In this document: piece after piece, positions 37,101 to 42,960 of the stretch
How positions within the stretch are numbered: the stretch's first letter is position 1
How the letters are laid out: the number at the start of each line of letters is the position of its first letter
Assembly: GCA_024704765.1 (NCBI GenBank)
Contig: JAKMXF010000365.1
Coordinates: forward strand, 868,001-932,000
Length of the DNA: 64,000 nucleotides
DNA from: Oopsacas minuta
Taxonomy: Eukaryota > Animalia > Porifera
Reading direction: 5' to 3'
Notes under the pieces: model-generated
What the model was told of the DNA's origin: nothing
Databases searched by the model: none
The model's input: the letters and a program-made list of their open reading frames with translations, nothing else
Program-made: the position numbers and the translations under genes

Positions 37101-39644
37101 TAGGGTGCTAGGAGATTTGTTATAGCAAGCTAAGTTGTTATTTAGAAACTCCTTATAAAACATTACTATAAGTAAATTGACGCGTTTAGTTGTACATTAT
37201 ATTACTTACTAGTTTGAATAGAACCATTCCTCATATCCAGATTATATCCAGGAAGAGCTAGCTCTAACATTTTGTAAGCCTGAATAAAGAACTGTGAAAA
37301 TATCATTCGTTATAATTATTACAATATACATACTTTGTTAGCATACTCTAGTGTAGTCTCCTTCCCAGAACATGTGACTGCCCATTTGTAGTAGAGGCCA
37401 GCTTGTCTATAGAATCCCATCTCTCTATATACCTCTGCTATTCCGGATAGTAACTCCATCTAATGAGGAGATAACTTATCATTAATTAATGCTATAAGGT
37501 ATTGTATTAATAATTGTATTAGAAGCATATACCTTGAGGACTCCATCCAAACTACAATGTACATCCATTATCTTCCGTAGTTGAGTATGTGCATCTATTT
37601 TTCTCTAAAATGAACAATAAACAATAACAAACATAAATAAATGAGAACAATAAGATCTCATATAAATAGAATGCACTAGAGCTATTCAGAAATAGAGATA
37701 GTCATTGGAATTATAGTGTGATATACTCAACTAAATACAATTCTACAACGTTACCTTCTGTTCCAATAGATATCTAGCTAGCTTCAGTAGAGCCTCCATC
37801 TGTGGGATACTACCAGAGATACCAGCCTAGAATAGAAAAGTATAAATAGAAGAACAAAACTCATATACACACATTATATCAACCTTATGATAATACGTAA
37901 TACTCTCAGTAAAGTTTGATCCAATAGCATCTCTCTTCAACTCAATAGGTTTAGATAAATCTGGCATTAATGCATTGTTAATAGCTTCAACACCAAACGA
38001 GCTTTTATCTCCTATAGAAGTAGTATCAGACATATCATCTGTCATTCTCTCCATATCATCAACAGCTAGCATCTCTACACTATCTCTTAAGTTGAATAGA
38101 CTTCCTGAGAACGGGGCAGTAACGTCAGAAGCAGGAGCTATTAAAGTTGTTGTTTTGAGATCTTTCAAGTCTCTAATGTAAGCAGTAGCAGCTAGTCCCT
38201 CACAGGTAGCTCCTAGCCAAATCCAGTCCTGAGCAGCTCTCAGCTGTTCAGCAGCTGTTGTATAGTAGTGTAAAGCCTCTTCATAATGGCCACACTGAAG
38301 AGTTAGGTCTGCTATGTGTTTGAATACACGAGCCTTGTATCTCTTCACTAGAATTCTAAATTAATTAATTATTTTAATAAACAGCTGGTAATTATTAATA
38401 AGAATAAAGTCTATACTTTTTGTCTTTAATTTCTGTGTCTGCTTCTTCAAACGGACTTTTGAGTTTATTTATTGAATCAAAATTCTCAGTTTGTAGCAAT
38501 TTGATTTGAGATTGTCTCCGAGATTCAAGAATAGAGTTTAGAACCAAAGTGAAACAAGACAACACCTAAATATACATAAATATACATAAATATACATAAA
38601 TATACATAAATATACATAAATATCAAAATAAATATCAAAATAAATATCAACTATTTAGTGATATAAGATATCCTACCTCCTCCAATTTGTTATAGTTAAT
38701 AAAATCGTCTAAAGAATCATCACGAGCCATATCAGATATATTTATTAGTACATACTCAATACCAGAAGAGTTCAGACGAGAGAATGCTTCCTCTAAGTTT
38801 TGTTTAAAAGAGGGTCCTGTGTCTAGAAAGTCAGGAGTAGAGGTATGAGTTGTTGGAGAGTATAACTCCATCTCCGTAGTACAGAATACTAGACACATAG
38901 AGTGACATATAGCTCCCTTGTAGCAGTTAGAGATTGAGTAGACTGTCTCGTGAATAGATTGTACCTGATACAAGCACACGATATTAACAAATTACGGTCG
39001 GAGTTTTACGCTTGTAATGAAAAGGAACACCAAAATATTACCACTTCGTGTTAACCAATTCCCTCACCAAAAAACGAGATTTTAGCAACTTTTTGACGTC
39101 ATAAAATCACACATTTTCTCGGCCGTATTCGGTTAATATACGTATACGTACTTCGAATCGAATCCTATTAATTTGGATACAATAGCTCTGTTCTAGAATA
39201 TTCGGCACTATCAAGGTGAGTTACAAATTTTTGGAAATCTTATTTATTAATATCAAAAGTTTTATCAATATGTTAGTAAAACGGTTCAATATCATTACGT
39301 ACTATCTATCTAGCTACTATTCTAACCTGAGATAGCTCTGAGCATTGTGCTACACCCACAAGACCAGACAGCTGCTTATGAGACATAAACTTGTTATATT
39401 TAACAGAATAAGCCCACGGAGCTAAGTTCCTCTCGAAATTAAACAGAGCCCTGACAGGGCCAAGTAGACCTGGATTGGAGGACAGACCCTTAGTAGGCAG
39501 GATGAGAAGGGAGGAGTTATCCCTCAGGAAATTATAAATCCTGTGATAGAGTTCTCCTGATATATCAGATATAGGATACACGAACACTTGGAGATGTCCA
39601 AGATCTTTTATATGCGACTTCACATCTAACAGCGAACCAGACAT
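10342..39644 (-). CDS. TRAPPC9: TRAPP II subunit TRAPPC9/NIBP/Trs120; roughly 25-30 exons; 3' end approximate
   Basis: Manually translated exons are colinear with human TRAPPC9: 39327-39644 (N-terminus); 38677-38964; ~37880-38348 KARVFKHIADLTLQCG..QDWIWLGATCEGL; 35834-35916 FWIQHHTCPTNVTVSNFLPIDLNIANM; 35144-35270 RLITTGPECE..PIQEGCLKILG; 15924-16065 YSYELFEIEH..EVDVLPYLPML; ~15046-15523 LEDYEIS..PLTPDTTRALPISLQV; exon ending 14036 IKYSGELAHEKGYYREC..IKPSLVFG; ~11900-12005 DLRVND..VIILSNYS; ~11160-11280; 10342-10680 LPQQSRQSIGCNVIFFYHGTYKL. The splice junctions checked for these exons are GT-AG with matching phases; a few small exons were not resolved. Confidence 0.88.
10984..11127. mobile_element. 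Tc1/mariner-type MITE in a TRAPPC9 intron
   Basis: Imperfect TIRs CAGTGTAACCTCAATTATCCAAACT and (rc) CAGAGAAACTTAGATTATTATCCGAACT, with TA on both sides. Confidence 0.6.
12587..12770. mobile_element. Tc1/mariner-type MITE in a TRAPPC9 intron
   Basis: CAGTAGAATC... and ...GGTTCTACTG|TA termini with internal CGTATTAACC repeats. A related end fragment is at about 47857-47880. Confidence 0.55.
13766..13906. mobile_element. ~140-bp piggyBac-like MITE, copy 1
   Basis: TTAA|CCGAA...CCGTAATCAC|TTAA. Core TTATGACGTCAAAA..AAATCTCGTTTTTGG..GGGAATTGGTT is shared with 16392-16527 and 38988-39132. Confidence 0.7.
16107..16174. repeat. (ATT)~22 microsatellite
   Basis: Direct reading. Lies about 40 nt inside the 3' end of the giant intron. 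Confidence 0.95.
16392..16527. mobile_element. piggyBac-like MITE, copy 2
   Basis: TCAA|CCGAATACGG...CGTGATCGG|TTAA with the same core as copies 1 and 3. Confidence 0.7.
17028..18515 (+). CDS. Nested zinc-finger protein ZF1 (3 C2H2-type fingers, S/T/K/P-rich), 495 aa
   Basis: CPHC..HIQRVH, CPVTKC..HAFTAH and CPYC..HIQQVH. Intronless ORF. Confidence 0.8.
   Translation: MSSILVSCPHCIAKVRYDNLNSHIQRVHGGNKPRTAEVRVDTSSNRNTGYPTQRSSRYRDSTTEYQRRVPSHLAWSWDKGTYANRYDTDDVASIKQEDYYTTSGDMTRRVSSPDVVTNGLNSHCSSVTSFSQTSEIPIVSDQLDLSDKETNKPQTKRKESRNDWIVFSTTTDVFTQRRSDGFICPVTKCKSKFIEVEEVIQHAFTAHFLEKCPYCKGVNFRPHSKLGDHIQQVHKIDKQDRYTSPKTSPKQSSSNVHNYKIPPTTNNGSRISSSKCKLETNMSNITAEKTKVKVNSREILPSKIQPNSTIKPPLVSKDIPKTSQSNSSNINNSRPTLQANKPKAIVQKTTKITSKPSEVKQAPSAHNVTSQKPVTTVIKPDPKVVETVKSKYPSRPTTPNTSLPTSCLVNKSGETINTKCPSVLSSNKQNVSSATDVRDRNVETAHNLQLKKVSIGSSNTDVEFINAFRDPKLEKDTNFKFVYTGDLVGYSLNII
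18639..18936. mobile_element. Tc1/mariner-type MITE
   Basis: TA|CAGTCACCTCCGCTTAATTGGGAC ... GTCCCGATTAAGCGCGGAGTTGACTG|TA with internal TAATCGGGAC repeats. Confidence 0.8.
19127..20818 (+). CDS. Nested zinc-finger protein ZF2 (acidic N-terminus, R/S/K-rich middle, 8 alternating C2H2/C2HC fingers)
   Basis: Example pair: CPFCEIKIPMNNLSEHVLTH followed by CPLCNKDIPQKEAELHMESC. First ATG at 19127; the ORF track starts at a TTG at 19115. Confidence 0.85.
   Translation: MEPSHSHSYSTHQQDISPMECKPSKDFLLKMDSPCHLSPVRFKIGEDDCGDKEMGANEYYLGYDDESDDCDWDTEIPVDQNTEVASPVFIDFCQNSDAEEISTNESNFDQTNYAVICSPLGSEICSYFSPDAVSLNSIENGLIVIEDIGKTTKEVGISEDGMEKNKPEIASSKVECENIGSIISPIQKCSPTIPFFVSSFDYNHKVGKLDVKNTIIDYFSCESQQNNSVLPCDNSPSMYSSPRKSNSRKRRKKGKRRSSSIHSTNSYHSERKSTTRKNHSISASSESSYKRSVRYFRTRSQSYNKHSTKELIGFPITRKDRRAQHSPIESTRENKIACKCPECEYTSSSKEIIDHYCTAHFMLSCPSCDLPIQEPYFLQHCKNCKSLKETLNCPSCQLTCTNNSLLSLAMHIKFSHPIKKCVGCSEFFVPQKFANHAKNCFFEPKNSCICPFCEIKIPMNNLSEHVLTHPIAECPLCNKDIPQKEAELHMESCYLEKVNDCEESVLGTLFNCPICRQRYSFEKMPEHIIKNHLSLNCVFCYMVMSLEEMRGHVVVCSQKKSNE
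20982..21213 (+). mobile_element. Non-autonomous Helitron-like element between ZF2 and ZF3
   Basis: a|TCTATATTATTAGATCTTAATTTGTGTGTGTCTATCTGTC 5' end like the 5414-5518 and 5845 copies. GC-rich 3' segment ending CTCG. Confidence 0.5.
21832..21945 (-). repeat. 21-nt coding tandem repeat (TNSKPLP)n in ZF3
   Basis: Translation LTNSKSSLTNSKPLPTNSKPLPTNSKRLPTNSKPV. Confidence 0.85.
22288..22632 (-). repeat. 21-nt coding minisatellite giving an RS-rich heptad (SRSDRSY)n, with a 63-nt higher-order duplication
   Basis: Plus-strand unit about CTACTATA(A/C)GACCTATCAGAT repeated about 16 times. Confidence 0.85.
23867..24396. mobile_element. 530-bp MITE with ~80-bp TIRs, 80 bp upstream of the ZF3 start codon
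   Basis: TATATGCTAAGGGAGATGTTGACATTTGGAACA..GAGATGTTAACATTATTGGTTT and its reverse complement at about 24321-24396, flanked by TA. Confidence 0.8.
24899..26016 (-). pseudogene. Nested ZF4: decayed zinc-finger + G-patch gene
   Basis: Three ORF pieces. Frameshifts at about 25685 (ACAC slip), 25375 (restoring one base gives CPIPTCCKQLSIVNFSKHYFLH) and 25245. G-patch YQGIGLILMTKMGYIPGQGLGAHGDEVLKPVEA. Confidence 0.75.
26920..28587 (-). CDS. Nested zinc-finger protein ZF5 (~13 C2H2/C2HC fingers), 555 aa
   Basis: Repeated CPxC-x11-13-H-x3-4-H/C. Ends VVNLPDIVGLRIN. Confidence 0.87.
   Translation of the reverse strand: MAAWHSGTSHQIVECPMCHVFMNPCVLDDHVATRHSSSVPDNILDPEPEPTPPTINPLHCPICTKAISKNKKKFAKHMKMHTKVICPLCSSIVSMGTFSNHTNECRKSHNATVTCPLCNEKLPNTKPNKHFKQHVPSLKCPIAPDHSFEYNKFNIHMSTHIQKLVTEQELSSVEHFLKSPHFPNSENSNSIPQTQGVYESSYSQHVFFEKNTNPEDLNRPVQTPNKNPDKSTDKLDVKSRLYALISHQCPICNGSINEGKFESHLQTCLQTQTIPFKCPRCSRKFSDLTTTVRHIHRNHITKLHTCHGCHNTIPCFTIRTHPIQCLSKAPIQLTKQQKIILNSSGKITCPICQKQCKKTQLSSHMLLHAIFQCQSCGWSTEKLCEFTPHLYSCVESSRPSCPFCFNHVSKTRFSEHVLTEHSYLCPICYTAMSKNEFTFHGLLCVVIHNVSVDVPKNMPKTSTNKPKTTPTTPTPSKSTPTPPKSTPTIQSKLKTSYPTNSTAIPTSKFSCPFCQFSEIEDFQLIRSHLLSCEKIQDNSNLHVVNLPDIVGLRIN
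29071..29571 (+). CDS. Nested four-transmembrane protein, 166 aa, family not recognised
   Basis: Four long hydrophobic segments. An adjacent degenerate duplicate supports it as a real gene. Confidence 0.7.
   Translation: MVSQKVIIVMGCVSITVHLMSGILLLFTATTGMSILSGLAVYNSMDIEVPGEFNFLGAEVVLTIIFYTLLIILAVMGSIFAMLDSKFHRAAIALLVTSQILIVIVMVLNIIAIGVFNTEKSRETFDVQKYYVLNILIVFYLAGVMVYDTVFIVMKMCSTRSDKVNN
29964..30357. mobile_element. hAT (Charlie-like) MITE
   Basis: Right end AAGTTTGAGCACCCCTG, degenerate left end CAAGTACTCAAAC, 8-bp TSD CTCTAAGA / CTCTAAAA. Confidence 0.65.
30891..31354 (+). pseudogene. Frameshifted duplicate of the 4-TM gene 29071-29571
   Basis: Shares AGAGCAAGATGGTATCTCAGAAA, GGAGAATT(T/C)AACTTCCTAGGAGCAGAGGT and TATCTTGCTGG(G/A)GTGATGGTTTACGA, but has indels and internal deletions. 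Confidence 0.85.
31600..32781 (-). CDS. Nested zinc-finger protein ZF6 (four C2H2+C2HC pairs), 393 aa
   Basis: Example pairs: CPLC..HVKLH-AIF-CCPRC..HLIEC and CIFC..HIEKVH-IKHA-CPLC..HVIKC. Confidence 0.87.
   Translation of the reverse strand: MAESLAPLQPNLNPITPKVKSVVAQPVTDPMKIRWQCPLCRKIMPQFVRDCHVKLHAIFCCPRCSNDYPLHDLGSHLIECMVIYTFDQFPCSICGSPDGSTRHVKIKHISKLTCSIPGCEKSFTFDTFAGHIKNCIKIYNKRSQSNPFIANPNSQRKKAVDNPVKTVIQFKCIFCTTVCSTDGILQKHIEKVHIKHACPLCHARDISETNFDDHVIKCLKKRPNQDTCPLCGTSLANKNNNHIHSFHATLKISCPSCKQKFKCDSIARHAVSCQKKVSQELSTATASVHKVEIAIHPKQMPVQSHAMETLNITTSKPVSKVSNTISLSDSEFPALALKPPINQGPVSKRKLPANKPTISTNDKQLSTNPLISISPDSNSDCELTSLFDDDDYL
33124..34884 (-). CDS. Nested zinc-finger protein ZF7 (~12 C2H2/C2HC fingers, acidic spacers), 586 aa
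   Basis: Example pair: CPICNDDCPLRMMGRHMTENH-ITHK-CPICSKQLAHSSFKVHLEEC. Ends VVSINNLLGLRIN. Confidence 0.87.
   Translation of the reverse strand: MATNLPATSSPPKNVRCHLCNAYVKPASLTRHLNQFCPARPKPGQQISPGTCPHCLASISISSMETHLLHACPKLTVPCPFCRYRFQYIEQHLRKKHHDKERTKQYQQLRDPPDPYLTSYSSAVNKSYKYSDLFQTDIQSNHSCPICHTYMHDKKLRSHVKSHFKILCPFCKSRFNKSGLFTHLLNKCIPKNVTPSSAGVMKCNACKKQDSVTNIAKHLTVSHLTLCCPICSGTLGAKRVTSHLNQCSVRNSSPGASQSPLLQGVFQKFREFEDDFDTPSDSESLTDDSSDYEELIYDYETNARCKGNYSGSHHQSKPFFAPFIDPSDSDYVLLPTDNKKRGKKGGYPEDLVSFPYVSMGQKISCPICNDDCPLRMMGRHMTENHITHKCPICSKQLAHSSFKVHLEECLGRYGAKQVKGRPTYLCPYCSETKCHSVREISTHIHRTHRQLTCPFCQDSYGPNNFSKHVNKCAKLSVMSAQLFQDHPSLDPEVIQLYQQLEIESSEESSYSEEDIPAARKQISSASLSNRSYANTVQTRYESQVTCLFCNYQCRDVLLENHIAECRNIPAGMQVVSINNLLGLRIN
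38567..38650. repeat. 10-11-bp minisatellite (TAAATATACA)n filling TRAPPC9 intron 2
   Basis: Direct reading. Confidence 0.9.
38988..39132. mobile_element. piggyBac-like MITE, copy 3 (inverted), in TRAPPC9 intron 1
   Basis: TTAA|CAAATTACGG...CCGTATTCGG|TTAA, with the reverse complement of the shared core. Confidence 0.75.
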
Positions 39645-39685
39645 TACAATACTAGCTAGCTAAAATTCATAAAATTTAAATTTAT

Positions 39686-39783
39686 AATATAGAATATAGA
39701 ATATAGAATATAGAATATAGAATATAGAATATAGAATATAGAATATAGAATATAGAATATAGAATATAGAGTATAGAATATAG
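39686..39783. repeat. (AATATAG)14 tandem repeat just upstream of the TRAPPC9 ATG
   Basis: Direct reading; one variant unit. Confidence 0.95.
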
Positions 39784-40158
39784 TATAATCTATAATCTAT
39801 AAATCTATATTATACGATAATCATATGATGGACAAATTGTTGGGGATAAATGCATAATACAGCTGGAGATAGTACCTTATCATTCAAAAGAGCCTTACTG
39901 GCTGTATTTGATGGAAACTAAAAATTATTCATACAAGTCTGAAAATACATATATTTTAAGGATTTATGAAAGTTATCGTTATTGAGTAATATAGCAGGCT
40001 AGGTGGATACACCAGATTAGTGGAAAATCATTGAGAGTAATTTGGTGTAATTATCCATGATTACCGTGTTGAAAATATTGTATGTTTCGTTTATTAAGTA
40101 TTTTCGTTGCAAATTAATATATTAATAAACATAATAGACTAATAGTAAATTATAATAA

Positions 40159-41017
40159 TTATCTCTTCCTCTTTCCCCTGGATAGAGTAGTTTTGTTCCG
40201 TTTGAAATATCGGAAAGCTGCATGAGCTCTGCTAGCCACACACTGCTTACTCATTTGTATCTTTGTGTTGTAAGCAGTACCTTGCTTATTGTAAGCTAGT
40301 TCAATTACTTTAGCAAGTTTAGAATCTTTCTTCTCATTGGTTGCTCCTATCTCTTCTGCGTGTTTGACTAACCATTTCATAGCTAAAGATATACGTCTCT
40401 TGTCACGTATCTTAACAGGGACTGAGTACTGACTCATAGCCCCTACACTGACTACCTCCATCAGGGGCATTACGTTATGTAAAGCTCGGTGAAAATATTC
40501 AACAGGGTTAATCTGGTCAGGAGGAGGGTCTGAATCAGGATTAGCCAGATATGCAGCTTGTATCAGTTTTGTACGTATTCTATCAAGGGCTTGAGAGAAG
40601 AATCGTTGAGCTTTTGTCTTGTTGCCTTCTTCCATTAGTTGATTAATAAACTTCTGTGACAGAGGATCGTATAAATAAGAGTTGGAGAAGAAAGAGTTTG
40701 CAGAGTGTGTAGGCCCAGGAAGTTTCTATAGAATTATTAGTAAATAATAATAAATGAAAGTAATTAATTGAACTTACTCTACTATTTGAGAATTTATAAT
40801 ATTTAGGGCGAATAGGTTCCCTCTGTCTAATTCTGTCCCAGATAGTAACTATATCAATATAATCTTTAGGATCCATATGCTGGATGTTGTCCACTATAGT
40901 ATCATTATCTTCTGATTCAGGGACCTCTGCTTCAAATTTAGTAGGAGTATGACTCATACGACAGAGGGAGCGAGAGAGTGGTGAGATCAACCGAAGTAGT
41001 ATGTTATGTATTATCAT
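40159..41017 (-). CDS. MRPS7: Mitochondrial ribosomal protein S7 (uS7m), 2 exons (intron 40726-40777)
   Basis: The spliced product reads YDPLSQKFINQLMEEGNKTKAQ..NPVEYFHRALHNVMP..YSVPVKIRDKRRISLAMKW, matching uS7m. GTAAGT donor and TATAG acceptor are in frame. Confidence 0.85.
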
Positions 41018-41355
41018 GAAGTAATTTCTAAATAAAACAGATCTAGGGTTCAGAATACAAGTATTCAATCATATTAGCATTAACCGTATTTTCTGAATAA
41101 ATGGTAGCAGACGAATCCCTCCAGTATTTGCTAATTCAATGATTACAGGATATATGGGAGTGAATGGGCTATAAATAGATATTTCCGTATGCACAATGAA
41201 CTCCAAAATTAGGCCATTTGTTCGATAATTTTGTTGAGCATTTTGGAGTTGCATGTACGTCGTGAAAAATAACAATAATAATATTTCCTATTCAATATTC
41301 TCTAACAACAACTCTATGGGAACACTACTAATTAGCTAGATACGATGTAATCCGA

Positions 41356-42090
41356 CTAGAATTTCATCTCGTGTGGATATTGCCCCTTCTTAAGAGAGAA
41401 CTTAGTTCTCAGGTAGGCATCCACATGCTCACGGGCCTGAATTGCTTTTATAACAAGTGTGTCCACCTGTTTCTGAATCTCCTTCATTTCAGTGGTAACT
41501 ACAGATTTAGTTTCTTCAGGTGCAAACAGACTCTCTTTTCCTTTCTTAGCTCTTGTCCTCTTGCGTTTGAAATAAGAATCAGTCACTGCAGGTGGAACAG
41601 CGAAATCATTGATCTTGATTTTAGTCTGTGTAGCGATGACGTAAGCTTGATCAACTCGTCTCAGAGGTATTCCATTGAGCGGGTAGGGGCCTGTCACAAG
41701 AAGCAACCCACTCTTGAGTTGCTTCAGAAACACAACTCTTTTCCCTTTGTGCTTTCCTCCCAACAGAATTAGGATAGTACCGCGAGTTATGGAACCTCTC
41801 AGATGGGTCGGATTCTGTCTGCGAGTAGACTTCTTCCTCTTGGGAGAGTCTTGTGTAGGGTACCAGCGATGAGATTTCTTGAGGTAGACCTTTCGTTGTT
41901 GAGGTCCACTCTGTGTGGTCAGTTTCTTTAAGACGAAACGTTTCTTCTTTTCTACAACTTTCTCTTGAGGTTTGTATGCCTTTATTCGGTGGAATGTTCC
42001 ACGTCTACGCTTCATGACTGTGCGGGAGTACCGACCAACCGTGGAGGCCAGTTTGGGATTCCTCGAGCAGTGTTTTTTGGTTATTGTCAT
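41356..42090 (-). CDS. RPL6: 60S ribosomal protein L6 (eL6), intronless
   Basis: LRGSITRGTILILLGGKHKGKRVVFLKQLKSGLLLVTGPYPLNGIPLRRVDQAYVIAT. First ATG at 42090. Confidence 0.97.
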   Translation of the reverse strand: MTITKKHCSRNPKLASTVGRYSRTVMKRRRGTFHRIKAYKPQEKVVEKKKRFVLKKLTTQSGPQQRKVYLKKSHRWYPTQDSPKRKKSTRRQNPTHLRGSITRGTILILLGGKHKGKRVVFLKQLKSGLLLVTGPYPLNGIPLRRVDQAYVIATQTKIKINDFAVPPAVTDSYFKRKRTRAKKGKESLFAPEETKSVVTTEMKEIQKQVDTLVIKAIQAREHVDAYLRTKFSLKKGQYPHEMKF

Positions 42091-42960
42091 TCTATAAAGT
42101 AATCCTTGCAATTAGTATAAATAGCAGCACTGTAGTAATTTGGACAAAATGTTGTATGAGGAATGAGTTTATTTTAATATACTATGACATTAAAATTAAG
42201 AGGATACGTGGTTCACAAGGAAGAAGTTGAGCATCCAGGCCTGCTAGCTATCCTTATGACTTAGGGAAATATTTGAAAATTATGTGCATGTTTTCGCATA
42301 TAATAGCCTGAAATTGCTATCCCTGGATCTAAACTTGGAAATCCAAGGAAGCGGTTAGTAAGTATGATTACTACGGTAGATGTCAATATAGTATGGATTA
42401 GATAAATTCACAATGTATTTACGATGAGTGTTGTTACAGCGTATTTTAGACACTATTTGAATTGATTTGGATGATATTTACCTTTAATTATTGGATAAGA
42501 AACCTTATAAGTTGTTCTGGTGTATTTTAACTCTCTATTCAAATTCAGGGAAGAAACTTCAGCCATGTACCTACCTTTCGACCGTCGTATCGTACTGTTT
42601 GTACAACCAGTAACCCAAGTAAGCTGAATCAACTGTAACTTTAAGTTGCACTGAGTAGCATGTGAGTACAGTTCTTAGGCCAGAGGATTAAAAATAAATG
42701 CAAATAAATGAAATTTCAATATATTGTAACAAGAACACCAACAAGAACGAGAACAACAAAATGACACAAAGTAAACACAACAATATTATTAATATCAAAC
42801 ACTAAAAATTAATACACAGTAGTATTGCCAATTATTTGCCGGAAATAAACGCTTCTGACTACTGTATTTAAATTCCTGTTTTGTCATGAACTAATTGCAC
42901 TGAATAAAAAAGCGTGGCAAATAACAGGTGTCACAATTGTTAGTGATCTTGTTTATTTCA

